A stretch of DNA of 64,000 bases from Candidatus Fimenecus sp. (lineage in GTDB: Bacteria; Bacillota; Clostridia; Oscillospirales; Acutalibacteraceae). Positions 49,285 through 59,873 of the stretch are shown here, piece after piece. Made by a program: the position numbers and the translations under genes. Location of the stretch: positions 135,718 to 199,717 of the forward strand of contig DAVZHW010000001.1 in assembly GCA_052273625.1 (NCBI GenBank). Reading direction: 5' to 3'. Numbering within the stretch: the first letter of the stretch is position 1; every line of letters begins with the position of its first letter. The notes under the pieces are model-generated. The model saw nothing but the letters and a program-made list of their open reading frames with translations. It had not been told where the DNA came from and searched no databases.

Positions 49285-50817
49285 CTACCCCTTTTCGTGA
49301 TATTCCTTTTCGGTATTGACGTTCCAAATATCGGATTTATCCGCTTTGCCCGTAAGAATGTTGTTTACGGCTTCAAAAGCGGTCATCATTGAGTGATCCA
49401 TATTGTTGTAGCGGTGCTGACCGTTTCTTCCGACGCAGTAAAGATTTTTATATGAATTGAGATAATCGATAACCGTCGGCAAATCGTCATAGGTGTCAAA
49501 GTATGCGGGATATGCTTTTTTGACCTTTTCCCTGTGCGAGAAAAGTATATCGGTATCGTTTGAAATCACGCCGATTTTCTTAAGCTCCCTGACAGCAAAA
49601 TCAACACAGGCCTCATCGCTCATATTCCAAAAATCGTCGCCCTCGGTGCAGAAATATTCAAGCCCGAGCCACACAGTGTTTTCAACATCCTTTACAAGAT
49701 AGCTTGACCAGTTGTTGAAAATCTGTATTCTTCCGAGCTTTACGGAGTCGTCCTGAACATAAATCCAACAGTCGGGAACAATATTTGAAACAGTTTTTAT
49801 ATCCGTTTTATTTTTAATTTCAAGCTTGTTAACGAGCAAGCCAACGGTAACAAAATCCCTGTAAGGCAAGCCGTTTGCAATGCTTTTTACTTCGCTTGAA
49901 ACGAGAGATTGCTCAAAGCTGTTTACCAAATCCTTAATCGGCATTGAGGAAATGAAAATATCGCCCGAGTATTCCTTATCGCCTGCCGTTACTGAAGTGA
50001 TTTTGCCGTTTTCGACGTTTATCCTGTTGACTTCGGCATTGAAAATTATTTTACCGCCAAGTGCTTCGAGTTCTTTTGATGCAGTTTCCCAAAGCTGTCC
50101 GGGACCGAATTTAGGATACTTAAATTCCTCTATAAGCGAGGCTTCGTCGCTCTTTTTACCCTTTGAAAGTGCGTTTTTGAGAACCTCCTTGATAGAAATG
50201 CCCTTTACTCTCTGTGCGCCCCAATCGGCAGAAATTTCAGACGGATGTCTACCCCAAAGCTTTTCTGTGTACCCCTCAAAGAACATTGAATAAAGCTCCT
50301 TGCCGAAGCGGTTAATATAGAAATTCTCAAGCGAGGACTCATCTTTTTTGAACATTATAGAATGGAGATAGCTGAAGCCTGCCTTCATTGTTCTGACAAA
50401 TCCGAGATTTATCAGGGTTTGCGCCTTGAGCGAAACGGGATAATCAAAGAATTTTTCAAGATAGTATATTCTTGAAACCCTTTGGCGAAGAAGCATAACA
50501 TTATCCTCCGCTTCGGGGTCGGGACAGTTTTCGGAAAGCACTTTTTCACGGTGCAAAAGCTTGTCGTCAAATGACGGTGCGCCTTGCATTTTCAAAAGAC
50601 TTGACCACCACTCGTTGACTTTTTCATCCTTTGAAAAGAAACGGTGACCGCCGAGATCCATACGGTTGCCCGAGCAGTTTACGGTTGCAGATATACCGCC
50701 TACACGCTCGCTTGCCTCAAGCACAGTAACGTTGTACTCATTATTTGATTTTCGTAACAGCTCAAGCCCTGCCGTAAGTCCTGCGGGACCTGCGCCGATT
50801 ATTACAACATTTTTCAT
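49285..50817 (-). CDS. FAD/NAD(P)-dependent oxidoreductase (amine-oxidase / protoporphyrinogen-oxidase-like fold)
   Basis: [17 protein letters not shown]...[10 protein letters not shown] dinucleotide-binding motif. Substrate not inferable. Confidence 0.6.
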   Translation of the reverse strand: MKNVVIIGAGPAGLTAGLELLRKSNNEYNVTVLEASERVGGISATVNCSGNRMDLGGHRFFSKDEKVNEWWSSLLKMQGAPSFDDKLLHREKVLSENCPDPEAEDNVMLLRQRVSRIYYLEKFFDYPVSLKAQTLINLGFVRTMKAGFSYLHSIMFKKDESSLENFYINRFGKELYSMFFEGYTEKLWGRHPSEISADWGAQRVKGISIKEVLKNALSKGKKSDEASLIEEFKYPKFGPGQLWETASKELEALGGKIIFNAEVNRINVENGKITSVTAGDKEYSGDIFISSMPIKDLVNSFEQSLVSSEVKSIANGLPYRDFVTVGLLVNKLEIKNKTDIKTVSNIVPDCWIYVQDDSVKLGRIQIFNNWSSYLVKDVENTVWLGLEYFCTEGDDFWNMSDEACVDFAVRELKKIGVISNDTDILFSHREKVKKAYPAYFDTYDDLPTVIDYLNSYKNLYCVGRNGQHRYNNMDHSMMTAFEAVNNILTGKADKSDIWNVNTEKEYHEKG

Positions 50818-50825
50818 ATATTACC

Positions 50826-51431
50826 TCAGCTTTTACTGCTCCAAAAGATATAATCGGAAATGAGAACAGCTCTTGTAAACGAAGCCTCTGCGCCCGAAAT
50901 TTTCACGGGCGGTGCGATAAGAAAATACTCTCCGTTTTTCGCTTCTTCGAGATTTAGCCCCTCAAGAATTGCTATTTCTGCATTCAGAAGTGCTCTGTGC
51001 GTGCTGCCGTCGGAGTCGGGCGACTCAATGCTTACACCGTCTGTTCCGATAAGCTCATAACCGTAATGTGCCATAATTTCCGCTGCCGTATAGTGCACAA
51101 AAGCCCTGCCCTTTGACTTTATAAGCACACGCTTGCAATCCCTCGGGAAATATTCCTCAACAAGTCTGCCCGTGATTATTCCCTCGGACACCTCGATAAC
51201 CTTGCAAGGGCCTATGAATTTTTCAAGCGGGATTTTGTCAACGGGCTCTGCGTCGGGTATAAAATGAAGCGGTGCGTCAACGTGAGTTCCGTTGTGCAGA
51301 CAGGCGTCCAAAACGCTCAAATTATAGTAAGACTCAGGCGAGATTTCTCTGACCTGTTTAAGCTCGGGCAAAGGATCGCCCTCATACACCTCAGCTGTAA
51401 GCAAATCGTTTGAAATATCTATGATTTTCAT
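50826..51431 (-). CDS. cyclase-family protein (kynurenine/aryl-formamidase-like)
   Basis: HNGTHVDAPLHF motif of the putative cyclase family. ATG 51431 (MKIIDISN) preferred over 51473. Confidence 0.6.
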   Translation of the reverse strand: MKIIDISNDLLTAEVYEGDPLPELKQVREISPESYYNLSVLDACLHNGTHVDAPLHFIPDAEPVDKIPLEKFIGPCKVIEVSEGIITGRLVEEYFPRDCKRVLIKSKGRAFVHYTAAEIMAHYGYELIGTDGVSIESPDSDGSTHRALLNAEIAILEGLNLEEAKNGEYFLIAPPVKISGAEASFTRAVLISDYIFWSSKS

Positions 51432-51491
51432 ATTCTCGCCGCCTTTTTTAGCATATATAATATAGTATATCAATTACACGCCTTTGTCAAA

Positions 51492-52517
51492 TCACTCAAA
51501 GCAAAGATTTTCGATTTTCTTGCTTAAAGCGGCATATTTTTCGGCATTTTCAAAGGCTTGCAAATATCGGCAAAGCTCGTTGTCCCTTTCCATAGCGTCG
51601 TAAAGCGAGAAAACCGCAGAACTTATAAGCTCGTCTTTGAGTTCCTCGTTGCAGGCAAGCTTTTCCGTCAGGCAATGCGGGATATTACGCTTCAAAAAGC
51701 GTGCTTGAGAAATTTCACCCGAGTCGGAGTAACGGTACGGATGATAATCGTTTTCACACACAAAGGCAAGCGACAGCTCGGGTATGCACAGGTGCTCTGA
51801 AAACTCGGGACACAGCGAGCAGGTAAATTTTTCGGTGTTTTTTCCGCATTGTAAAAAGGCAGAGGAAAAGCCGTTTATCAATAGCGAAGCGGTGCATTTA
51901 GAGAAGTCGCCGATTGTGTAAATATCACTGCATTTTTCGGCAACGGACTCAAAGCAGGTGTGAACGCCCCAAGAGGTTATGTTGCCGAGAGTGTAAGTGC
52001 TTTCAATCCCGCTTTTTGATGATTGATGAAGTTTGTTTCGCTGAATGAAGCGAAGTATATAATTCAAGACTTTTGCTTTATCAACGAATTGAGAGAACAT
52101 TTTTGCACTTTCTCTTGAGATGACGGCTGCGGAGTTTTCGTATTTTGCCGAATCTGAGATATATTGTGTGCGTTGCGATTTTAGCCCGTTTACAATGTCC
52201 TTATTAAAGCTCTTCTCGTAAATTTTATCCGCATCTATTATTTCAACTGTGGGAAATTCGTGTAAATCGGGAATAATACCTTTGTCACCGATGAACACTT
52301 TTCGGCTTTTTATGTACACGGCGCATAGCTTGTCATAGTCGTACTTCGATAAGAATTTAAGGCAGGAAAGTCCGTCTTTTTCGGCTCTTGTAACGCAGAC
52401 TGAAATAAGTCTGTGCTTTAGCTCGGAGCTTTCGGAATTTATAAGCAAGGCGGTGTTGATTCCGTTGTTTTCGTTTGACAAACACTTCAAAACGGCAGAG
52501 TTAAAAAAGCAATTCAT
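51492..52517 (-). CDS. Cys-rich hypothetical protein (341 aa)
   Basis: Long ORF co-oriented with downstream genes. No family recognised. Many Cys, including CSLCPEFSEHLC. Confidence 0.45.
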   Translation of the reverse strand: MNCFFNSAVLKCLSNENNGINTALLINSESSELKHRLISVCVTRAEKDGLSCLKFLSKYDYDKLCAVYIKSRKVFIGDKGIIPDLHEFPTVEIIDADKIYEKSFNKDIVNGLKSQRTQYISDSAKYENSAAVISRESAKMFSQFVDKAKVLNYILRFIQRNKLHQSSKSGIESTYTLGNITSWGVHTCFESVAEKCSDIYTIGDFSKCTASLLINGFSSAFLQCGKNTEKFTCSLCPEFSEHLCIPELSLAFVCENDYHPYRYSDSGEISQARFLKRNIPHCLTEKLACNEELKDELISSAVFSLYDAMERDNELCRYLQAFENAEKYAALSKKIENLCFE

Positions 52518-52606
52518 ATCAATCCCTCCCGACTCATTTTATTCCGAAAATGTGCTGACGGTTACTGCGAAATATTGAAAATAATGTTAATTTTTGGCTG
52601 TTTTAT

Positions 52607-52635
52607 TTGACATATTAACGGCAGTGGGGTATAAT
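52607..52635 (+). promoter_or_regulatory. sigma-A type promoter TTGACA-17 nt-TATAAT
   Basis: TTGACA 52607-52612, TATAAT 52630-52635. Upstream of fba. Confidence 0.65.
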
Positions 52636-52689
52636 AGCCTCGCAATTAAATAAGTTAAAAAATTATTTTTACTCAAGGAGTGGAAAAAT

Positions 52690-53625
52690 ATGCCATTAGT
52701 AACAACAACAGAAATGTTCAAGAAGGCTTACGAGGGCGGTTACGCTATCGGTGCTTTCAATGTAAACAATATGGAGATTATACAGGGAATTACAAGAGCT
52801 GCAAAGAAGCTTGACGCTCCCGTAATCCTTCAGGTATCTTCAGGTGCGAGAAAGTACGCTTCACACGGCTATCTCGTTGCTATGGTAAAGGCTGCGGCGG
52901 AGGAAACAGGTCTCCCGATCGCTCTTCACCTTGACCACGGCCCCGACTTTGAAACTTGTAAGGCTTGCATCGACGGCGGATTTACTTCCGTTATGATCGA
53001 CGGCAGTTCTCTTCCTTATGAGGAGAATGTTGCTCTTACAAAGATGGTAGTTGAATATGCTCACGCTCACGGCGTAGTTGTCGAGGGTGAGCTCGGTACT
53101 CTTGCAGGCGTTGAGGATGAGGTTGTAGTTGAGTCGGGCAAAGAGTCTTATACAAACCCCGATCAGGTTCTTGACTTCGTTACAAGAACAGGCGTTGACT
53201 CACTTGCTATTGCTATCGGTACTTCTCACGGTGCATATAAGTTTAAGCCCGGTCAGAAGCCCCAGCTTCGTTTCGATATCCTCGAAGAAGTTGAGAAGAG
53301 ACTTCCCGGCTTCCCGATCGTTCTTCACGGCGCAAGCTCTGTAAATCAGGACGACATTAAGACAATCAATCAGTACGGCGGTCAGATGCCCGACGCTATC
53401 GGTATCCCCGAGGAGATGCTTCGTCAGGCTTCATCAATGGCAGTTTGCAAAATCAACGTTGACTCAGACATTCGTATCGCAATGACTGCTGCTCTTCGTA
53501 AGCACTTTGCAGAAAACCCTGCTGACTTTGATCCGAGAAAGTATCTCACACCCGCAAGAGATGCTATCGAAGCAGTTGTTTCTCACAAGATTGAAACTGT
53601 TCTCGGTTGCGGCGGCAAGGCATAA
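52690..53625 (+). CDS. fba: class II fructose-1,6-bisphosphate aldolase
   Basis: 311 aa. GYAIGAFNVNNME, HLDHG, GELG, IGTSHGAYKF, LVLHGASS-type motifs. Confidence 0.92.
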   Translation: MPLVTTTEMFKKAYEGGYAIGAFNVNNMEIIQGITRAAKKLDAPVILQVSSGARKYASHGYLVAMVKAAAEETGLPIALHLDHGPDFETCKACIDGGFTSVMIDGSSLPYEENVALTKMVVEYAHAHGVVVEGELGTLAGVEDEVVVESGKESYTNPDQVLDFVTRTGVDSLAIAIGTSHGAYKFKPGQKPQLRFDILEEVEKRLPGFPIVLHGASSVNQDDIKTINQYGGQMPDAIGIPEEMLRQASSMAVCKINVDSDIRIAMTAALRKHFAENPADFDPRKYLTPARDAIEAVVSHKIETVLGCGGKA

Positions 53626-53647
53626 GCTGTTAAAAATCAATAATTTT

Positions 53648-53683
53648 CAGAGCTGTAATTTGAAATTACGGCTCTGTTTTTTT
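53648..53683 (+). terminator. intrinsic terminator
   Basis: 13-bp stem CAGAGCTGTAATT/AATTACGGCTCTG, followed by TTTTTTT. Confidence 0.85.
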
Positions 53684-53800
53684 ATGTTTTTCAAGAGTAT
53701 TAAAAAAATATAAAAAAAGACTTTTAATTTGCCCTGTTTGGTGGTATAATAACATCGATAATGTGGAATTTTATCTGCGAAAGCATATACATATTGAAGT

Positions 53801-55129
53801 GTGAAAAATCATAGATTAGGGAGTGAACCGTCTTTGGATAAGTTTGTTATAACCGGCGGTCATCCGCTGAAGGGGGAAGTTACCGTCAGCGGTGCAAAAA
53901 ACGCAGTAGTAGCAATTCTTCCTGCGACCATTCTTGCTAAAGATGTTTGCAGAATTGAAAATATACCGAATATAAGCGACGTTACCGCCATGATTAACAT
54001 TTTGAATATCATGGGTGCTAAAATTAAATATATAAATAAGAACACAGTTGAAATTGATACAAGATTTATCAATTCTTATGTCGTTGAGCACGAGCTTTCA
54101 AAACAGCTTAGAGCATCATATTATCTTATCGGTGCGTTGCTCGGCAGATTTAACAGAGCCGAGGTTGCGATGCCCGGCGGATGTTATCTCGGCGTTCGTC
54201 CGATTGATCAGCACATAAAGGGCTTTGAGGCTCTCGGTGCTACCGTTACTATGGAAGAAAATGCTATGGTTAACGCAAGAGCAGACAGGCTTTTGGGTAA
54301 TTCGATTTACCTTGACGTTGTGTCTGTCGGTGCTACGATAAACTGTATGCTTGCCGCTGTCAGAGCAAGAGGACTTACTATAATCGAGAATGCGGCGAAG
54401 GAACCGCATATAGTTGACTTGGCAAACTTCCTCAATACAATGGGCGCTGATGTCAGAGGCGCAGGTACAGATGTTATTAAAATTCACGGCGTTGAAAATC
54501 TCCACGGTTGTGAGTATTCGATAATTCCCGACCAAATTGAAGCAGGAACATATATGGTTGCCGCAGCGGCAACAAAAGGAAATGTGCTTGTTAAAAATGT
54601 AATTCCGAAGCACTTGGAGTCCATAACGGCAAAGCTTGTAGAGTGCGGAATCAATGTTGAGGAGTACGACGACGCTGTTAGGGTAAGCGCTACCGACAGG
54701 GCGGGCAAGTGTAATATTAAAACTATGCCGCATCCCGGCTTCCCGACTGATATGCAGCCGCAGTTTGCCGTGCTTTTGAGCATTGCAAAGGGAACGAGTA
54801 TTATATCGGAAAGCGTTTGGGACAATCGTTTCAGATATGCCGAACAGCTTTCAAGAATGGGCGCACAAATACATGTTGACGGAAAAACGGCGGTTATCGA
54901 GGGCGTTGAAGGATTAAAGGGCGCACCGATTAAAGCCGATGACCTTAGAGCAGGCGCAGCTATGATGATAGCAGGTCTTGTTGCGACGGGCGTTACTGAA
55001 ATTGAGGACATTCATCATATCGAAAGAGGATATGAGAATGTTGTCGATAAGTTCAGAAGTCTCGGCGCTGACATTCAGAGGAAAGAATTTCCGGATGATG
55101 ACCAAAAGGTTCAAATGGGCGCAGGCTGA
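53801..55129 (+). CDS. murA: UDP-N-acetylglucosamine 1-carboxyvinyltransferase
   Basis: VSGAKNAVVAILPA, catalytic loop region. Start uncertain: GTG 53801 or TTG 53834, the latter giving (M)DKFVITGG. TGgTATAAT extended -10 at 53742-53750. Confidence 0.92.
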   Translation: MKNHRLGSEPSLDKFVITGGHPLKGEVTVSGAKNAVVAILPATILAKDVCRIENIPNISDVTAMINILNIMGAKIKYINKNTVEIDTRFINSYVVEHELSKQLRASYYLIGALLGRFNRAEVAMPGGCYLGVRPIDQHIKGFEALGATVTMEENAMVNARADRLLGNSIYLDVVSVGATINCMLAAVRARGLTIIENAAKEPHIVDLANFLNTMGADVRGAGTDVIKIHGVENLHGCEYSIIPDQIEAGTYMVAAAATKGNVLVKNVIPKHLESITAKLVECGINVEEYDDAVRVSATDRAGKCNIKTMPHPGFPTDMQPQFAVLLSIAKGTSIISESVWDNRFRYAEQLSRMGAQIHVDGKTAVIEGVEGLKGAPIKADDLRAGAAMMIAGLVATGVTEIEDIHHIERGYENVVDKFRSLGADIQRKEFPDDDQKVQMGAG

Positions 55130-55183
55130 GAAAAATCGGAGCCTTCTGTACGGAAGACTCCGTTTTAAGTTATAAATTGTTTA

Positions 55184-56872
55184 ATGTGGGGTGTCATTTT
55201 GACTGAATTTGAGAAACTTGCGGAGCTTCTTTTTCCGCACATAGATAAAACTCCCGAATATTACGAGGAGAAATATCCGCAGAGAAGCCTTAAAGAGGGC
55301 GCAAGGGTTACAAGATTTGCACCAAGTCCCACGGGTTATTTGCATATAGGCGGATTGTTCGGTGCTCTTACCGATATTCTTACGGCGCAGGCAACGGGCG
55401 GTGTTTCAATGCTCAGAATTGAGGACACCGACAAAAAGCGTGAGGTCGGCGACGGTGTTGACGCTATACTTGACGGCTTTTCGTCGTTCGGACTTGAGTT
55501 TGACGAGGGCGTTACGGGCAATGATACCGAAAAGGGCGAGTACGGTCCGTATACGCAGTCAAAGAGAGTTGAAATTTATCAAACTGTTGCAAAGCAGCTT
55601 GTAAAAGAGGGCAAAGCATATCCTTGCTTCTGCACGGCGGAGGAGCTCAACGAGCTTCGTGACAGGCAGGAAAAGGAGGGTGCGGCTTTTGCCGGATATT
55701 ACGGAAAATGGGCAAAGTGCCGTGAGCTTACATACGGGCAGATTGAGGAAAAAATCAAAAACGGCGAAAAATATGTTTTGCGTTTCCGTTCCGACGGGGA
55801 TGAAAACAGACGGGTTTACTTTGACGATATTGTCAGAGGAAAAATCGAGATGCCCGAAAACGTTATCGACGAGGTGCTCTTAAAGAGCGACGGTATTCCG
55901 ACCTATCACTTTGCACACGTCTGCGACGACCATTTTATGAGGACGACTCACGTTATCAGAGGCGAGGAATGGATTTCCTCAACTCCGAAGCATATAGCAC
56001 TTTTCAAGGCTTGCGGCTTTAAGCTTCCTAAGTATGCGCATACACCGCAGGTAATGAAAATTGACGAGGTTGACGGTACAAAACGTAAGTTTTCAAAGCG
56101 TAAGGACCCCGAAGCGGCTGTCAGCTACTTTATTGAGCAGGGCTATCCGAGCGAGGGACTTATAGATTATCTTTTGGGACTTCTCAACTCGAATTTCGAG
56201 GATTGGAGAAGGGCAAACCCGACTGAAAACGCTCTTAATTTCCCGTTCAATCTTAAAAAGATGAGCCCGAGCGGCTGCCTTTTCGACTTGGTTAAGTTGG
56301 CTGACGTCAGCAAGAATGCAATTTCAAAAATGAAGGCTCAAACGGTTTTTGATTACACGTTTAATTGGGCAAAGACTTACGACGAAACGCTTTACAGGCT
56401 CTTTGACGCAGATAAGCAAAAGGCTGTTGCGATACTCAATATCGACCGTGAAAACACGAAGCCGAGAAAGGATATTGCAAAGTGGTCCGAGGTTTTGGAC
56501 TATGTAAGCTATCTTTATAACGAAACTTATAAAGAGAATTATACCCTTCCCGAAAATATCGCTCCCGAGGATGCGGCGGCAATAGCTTCGGAATATAAAA
56601 AGATATTTGATGTTACGGACGATAAGCAGGTGTGGTTCGACAAGATAAAAGCAATGTGCGAGCCGCTTGGCTTTACTCCGAATGTTAAGGAATACAAGCA
56701 AAATCCCGACAGCTATAAAGGTCATGTCGGCGACGTTTCAACTGTAATAAGAATCGCTCTTACGGGCAGAACAAATACGCCCGATCTTCATTCGATAATC
56801 GCCGTTTTAGGTGCGGATGAGGTTACGGCAAGACTTGAAAAAGCCGAAAAGAAGTTTAAGGAGGAAAAATGA
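55184..56872 (+). CDS. gltX: glutamyl-tRNA synthetase
   Basis: RFAPSPTGYLHIGG (HIGH) and KFSKRK (KMSKS) motifs. Start could instead be TTG 55199. Confidence 0.9.
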   Translation: MWGVILTEFEKLAELLFPHIDKTPEYYEEKYPQRSLKEGARVTRFAPSPTGYLHIGGLFGALTDILTAQATGGVSMLRIEDTDKKREVGDGVDAILDGFSSFGLEFDEGVTGNDTEKGEYGPYTQSKRVEIYQTVAKQLVKEGKAYPCFCTAEELNELRDRQEKEGAAFAGYYGKWAKCRELTYGQIEEKIKNGEKYVLRFRSDGDENRRVYFDDIVRGKIEMPENVIDEVLLKSDGIPTYHFAHVCDDHFMRTTHVIRGEEWISSTPKHIALFKACGFKLPKYAHTPQVMKIDEVDGTKRKFSKRKDPEAAVSYFIEQGYPSEGLIDYLLGLLNSNFEDWRRANPTENALNFPFNLKKMSPSGCLFDLVKLADVSKNAISKMKAQTVFDYTFNWAKTYDETLYRLFDADKQKAVAILNIDRENTKPRKDIAKWSEVLDYVSYLYNETYKENYTLPENIAPEDAAAIASEYKKIFDVTDDKQVWFDKIKAMCEPLGFTPNVKEYKQNPDSYKGHVGDVSTVIRIALTGRTNTPDLHSIIAVLGADEVTARLEKAEKKFKEEK

Positions 56873-58527
56873 TGGAAGAAATCAAAGCTTCAAACTTTAT
56901 ACACGATTTCATCGACGAGGATCTTAAAGAAGGCGTGTATGACCATGTACAAACCCGTTTTCCGCCTGAGCCTAACGGCTATTTGCATATAGGTCACGCA
57001 AAGGCTATTTGCATAAACTTCGGCACAAGCGAAAAGTACAACGGCGTTTGCAATCTCCGTCTTGATGACACTAACCCGTCGAAAGAGGATATGGAGTATG
57101 TTGACGCTATTAAAGAGGATATCGAGTGGCTCGGCTTCAAGTGGAACAAGTGCCTTTTCGCTTCAAGCTATTTTGATTTCATTTATGAATGTGCAATTAA
57201 GCTTATCAACAAGGGACTTGCCTATGTTGACGATTTGAGCGCAGACGAAATCAGAGAGTACAGAGGAACGCTTACCGAAGCGGGTAAAAACAGCCCTTAC
57301 AGAGACAGAAGCATTGAGGAAAACCTTGATTTATTCAAGAGAATGACCGATGGCGAGTTCGAAAACGGCGAAAGAGTTTTGAGAGCTAAAATCGATATGG
57401 CTTCTCCGAATATAAATATGAGAGACCCCGTTATTTACAGAATAGCGCACATTTCTCATCATCAGACGGGCGACAAGTGGTGCGTTTATCCGATGTATGA
57501 CTTCGCTCATCCGCTTTCGGACGCAAAAGAGGGAGTTACACATTCTCTTTGCTCGCTTGAATTTGAAAACCACAGACCGCTATATGATTGGTTCCTTAAA
57601 GCGTGCGAAATAGAGCAGCCCCCGAGGCAGATTGAGTTTGCAAGACTTAATCTTAACTATTGCCTTACAAGTAAGAGGAAATGCCTTGCGCTTGTAAATG
57701 AGGGTATTGTTGACGGCTGGGACGACCCGAGAATGGTTACGCTCAGCGGTATGAGAAGACGTGGTTATCCTGCGGCTGCTATCCGTGATTTTTGCGATAA
57801 GATAGGCGTTTCAAAGGCTTATTCGGTTGTTGATATGGGACTTTTGGAGGCTTGCGTTCGTGATGCGTTGAACTCAACCGCACCGAGAGCAATGGCGGTA
57901 CTTGACCCGATTGAGCTTATCGTTGAAAACTATCCCGACGGACAGACCGAGGACATTGAAATTCCCGTTCATCCCGACCACCCTGAAATGGGCACAAGAA
58001 CGGTTAAATTCTCAAAGCATCTTTTCATTGAGAGAGACGACTTTATGGCAGAGCCTGTTAAAAAGTATTTCCGTCTTTATCCCGACAATGAGGTCAGACT
58101 CAAGAGCGCATATTTCGTAAAATGCACACGCTTTGAGACTGACGAGCAGGGCAATCCCGTCAGAATTTACTGCACCTATGACCCCGAGTCGAAGGGCGGT
58201 GAGTCTCCCGACGGCAGAAAGGTCAAGGGTACAATACATTGGGTAAGCCGTGATGATTGCTTTAGGGCAACTGTTAATATGTATGACCGACTTTTCAATG
58301 TTCCCAATCCCTCGGATGAGACAAACGGCGATTTCAAGCAAAATCTTAACCCTGATTCTCTTATCGTTCTTAAAGGTTGCGTTATCGAGGGTAGCCTTGA
58401 AAATGCAAAAGCAGGCGATGTGTTCCAGTTTATGCGTAAGGGTTATTTCTGTGTGGATAAGAATTCCGAAAAGGATAATAAGATATTCAACTTGACCGTT
58501 GCCCTCAATTCTTCGTGGGGCAAATAA
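56869..58527 (+). CDS. glnS: glutaminyl-tRNA synthetase
   Basis: RFPPEPNGYLHIGHAKA, VYPMYDFAHPLSDAKEGVTHSLCSLEF, C-terminal beta-barrel anticodon-binding domains. ATGA overlap with gltX. Confidence 0.92.
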   Translation: MMEEIKASNFIHDFIDEDLKEGVYDHVQTRFPPEPNGYLHIGHAKAICINFGTSEKYNGVCNLRLDDTNPSKEDMEYVDAIKEDIEWLGFKWNKCLFASSYFDFIYECAIKLINKGLAYVDDLSADEIREYRGTLTEAGKNSPYRDRSIEENLDLFKRMTDGEFENGERVLRAKIDMASPNINMRDPVIYRIAHISHHQTGDKWCVYPMYDFAHPLSDAKEGVTHSLCSLEFENHRPLYDWFLKACEIEQPPRQIEFARLNLNYCLTSKRKCLALVNEGIVDGWDDPRMVTLSGMRRRGYPAAAIRDFCDKIGVSKAYSVVDMGLLEACVRDALNSTAPRAMAVLDPIELIVENYPDGQTEDIEIPVHPDHPEMGTRTVKFSKHLFIERDDFMAEPVKKYFRLYPDNEVRLKSAYFVKCTRFETDEQGNPVRIYCTYDPESKGGESPDGRKVKGTIHWVSRDDCFRATVNMYDRLFNVPNPSDETNGDFKQNLNPDSLIVLKGCVIEGSLENAKAGDVFQFMRKGYFCVDKNSEKDNKIFNLTVALNSSWGK

Positions 58528-58541
58528 AGGAGAAATGTATT

Positions 58542-59216
58542 ATGAGAGCAAAAAAAGCAAAGGTTAAGGCTACGGGCTATGATATCGGTTGCAGGGTTGT
58601 GATGGCTTTGGCAGCAATCAGCGTGCCGATAGCGGCATATTTCGCCGACCTTATTTATTATGTTATAGAGTCTCCCGTGTTTAAGCTCCTTGCACAGTAT
58701 TCGGGCAGCGAGAACGACGACGGCTCTACATACGGCTATCTCGGAATAAATATGTTTGTCAAGAAGATATTGCCGCTTATACAGGAGTCCTCGGAGAACA
58801 AAACGAGCATAACCGACCTCTTGACCGGTCTTTCGGACATTAAAACGCCGCTTATAGTAACCACCGTTTTCTTTGCGTTGACAATTGTGATTGCACTTGC
58901 GGTATTTGTATCGGCTATCGCTTCAAACAACACAAAAATACATTTCGGCATTTCGGTTGCGGGTCTTGTATCGGTTATCGCTATGTTTATTTCTTTCCGT
59001 TATGTTTCGGCTCCGATTGTAAGCGGAACGGTCAACCTCGGCGATTTCTTTGAGTCGGCACTTATGAAAACGCTTCTGCCGTTTGTTGCAAGTGTATCGA
59101 CCTTCAATCTGAGCACCGCATGGGTAATAATGCTTGTGATATTCATAGGCTTAGTTGTGCTTTCGGGCGCAAACCTGATTATCAATGCAGGCGAAAAGTC
59201 AAAAGCGAGTAAATAA
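58542..59216 (+). CDS. polytopic membrane protein, function unknown
   Basis: ATG 58542 after AAGGAG. Four or more hydrophobic segments. No family recognised. Confidence 0.5.
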   Translation: MRAKKAKVKATGYDIGCRVVMALAAISVPIAAYFADLIYYVIESPVFKLLAQYSGSENDDGSTYGYLGINMFVKKILPLIQESSENKTSITDLLTGLSDIKTPLIVTTVFFALTIVIALAVFVSAIASNNTKIHFGISVAGLVSVIAMFISFRYVSAPIVSGTVNLGDFFESALMKTLLPFVASVSTFNLSTAWVIMLVIFIGLVVLSGANLIINAGEKSKASK

Positions 59217-59238
59217 TTGACAAGCTTTCATTAAAAAG

Positions 59239-59265
59239 CACCGACAAATTTGTCGGTGTTTTTTT
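59239..59265 (+). terminator. intrinsic terminator
   Basis: Stem CACCGACA/TGTCGGTG with AATT loop, then TTTTTTT. Confidence 0.8.
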
Positions 59266-59336
59266 GTTACTTATTACAACGGATTTGGCTTGACATTTTG
59301 AATAATTAAAGATATCCTTAAATGGGAGGGCTTGAT

Positions 59337-59861
59337 ATGGAAGAAAATAACAAAAAACTCTCTGAAAATACAGCAAATGATGAAAATCACAGCGAAAAGC
59401 AATCTCTGGGCGATATGTTTTTCGGAAATAACCTTGATACCTTCAGCGAAAACGATAAAATAAACCGTGGATATCTAAAGGAGCTTTACGGCGAGGATAT
59501 GGACTTTTTCAACAGAGAAATACGGATGACTCGCTCGGAATATATAACACGGTACAATCAAATACAAGAGGTTTACAAGCGGGAGCTTTCGGGAACGGTA
59601 AAAAGCTTTATATTTTTAGCTTCTGTTTTTCTTTTGACCTTGTTGCTTGCAAAGGCGTTTCAGTCAGTGGCGGATGGAGGAGCGTTTTTAATTCTGCAAA
59701 GATGGACGCTGGTAATTTCAATACCCATATTTTTATTTTTTGTGGTTACCTTGCTTAAAAGACTGAAGGACGCTCAAAAAAGTATGGCACATTCTCTCAA
59801 GATGCTCGAAAAACGCAAAAACGATTGTATGGCTGAGGGAACGTATGACGCTGAGTCGTAA
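59337..59861 (+). CDS. membrane protein, tandem paralog A (unknown family)
   Basis: ATG 59337, 6 nt after GGGAGGG. Soluble N-domain with NRGYLKELYGEDMDFFNREIRMTRSEYI, hydrophobic core, C-terminal KNDCMAEGTYDA. Confidence 0.55.
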   Translation: MEENNKKLSENTANDENHSEKQSLGDMFFGNNLDTFSENDKINRGYLKELYGEDMDFFNREIRMTRSEYITRYNQIQEVYKRELSGTVKSFIFLASVFLLTLLLAKAFQSVADGGAFLILQRWTLVISIPIFLFFVVTLLKRLKDAQKSMAHSLKMLEKRKNDCMAEGTYDAES

Positions 59862-59873
59862 AAGGAGCAGGCT

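Noticed and set aside
59290-59318. Possible promoter TTGACA…TATCCT upstream of paralog A.
   Set aside because: The -10 element is poor, and the implied transcription start would fall on top of the RBS. I am not confident enough to list it as a feature.
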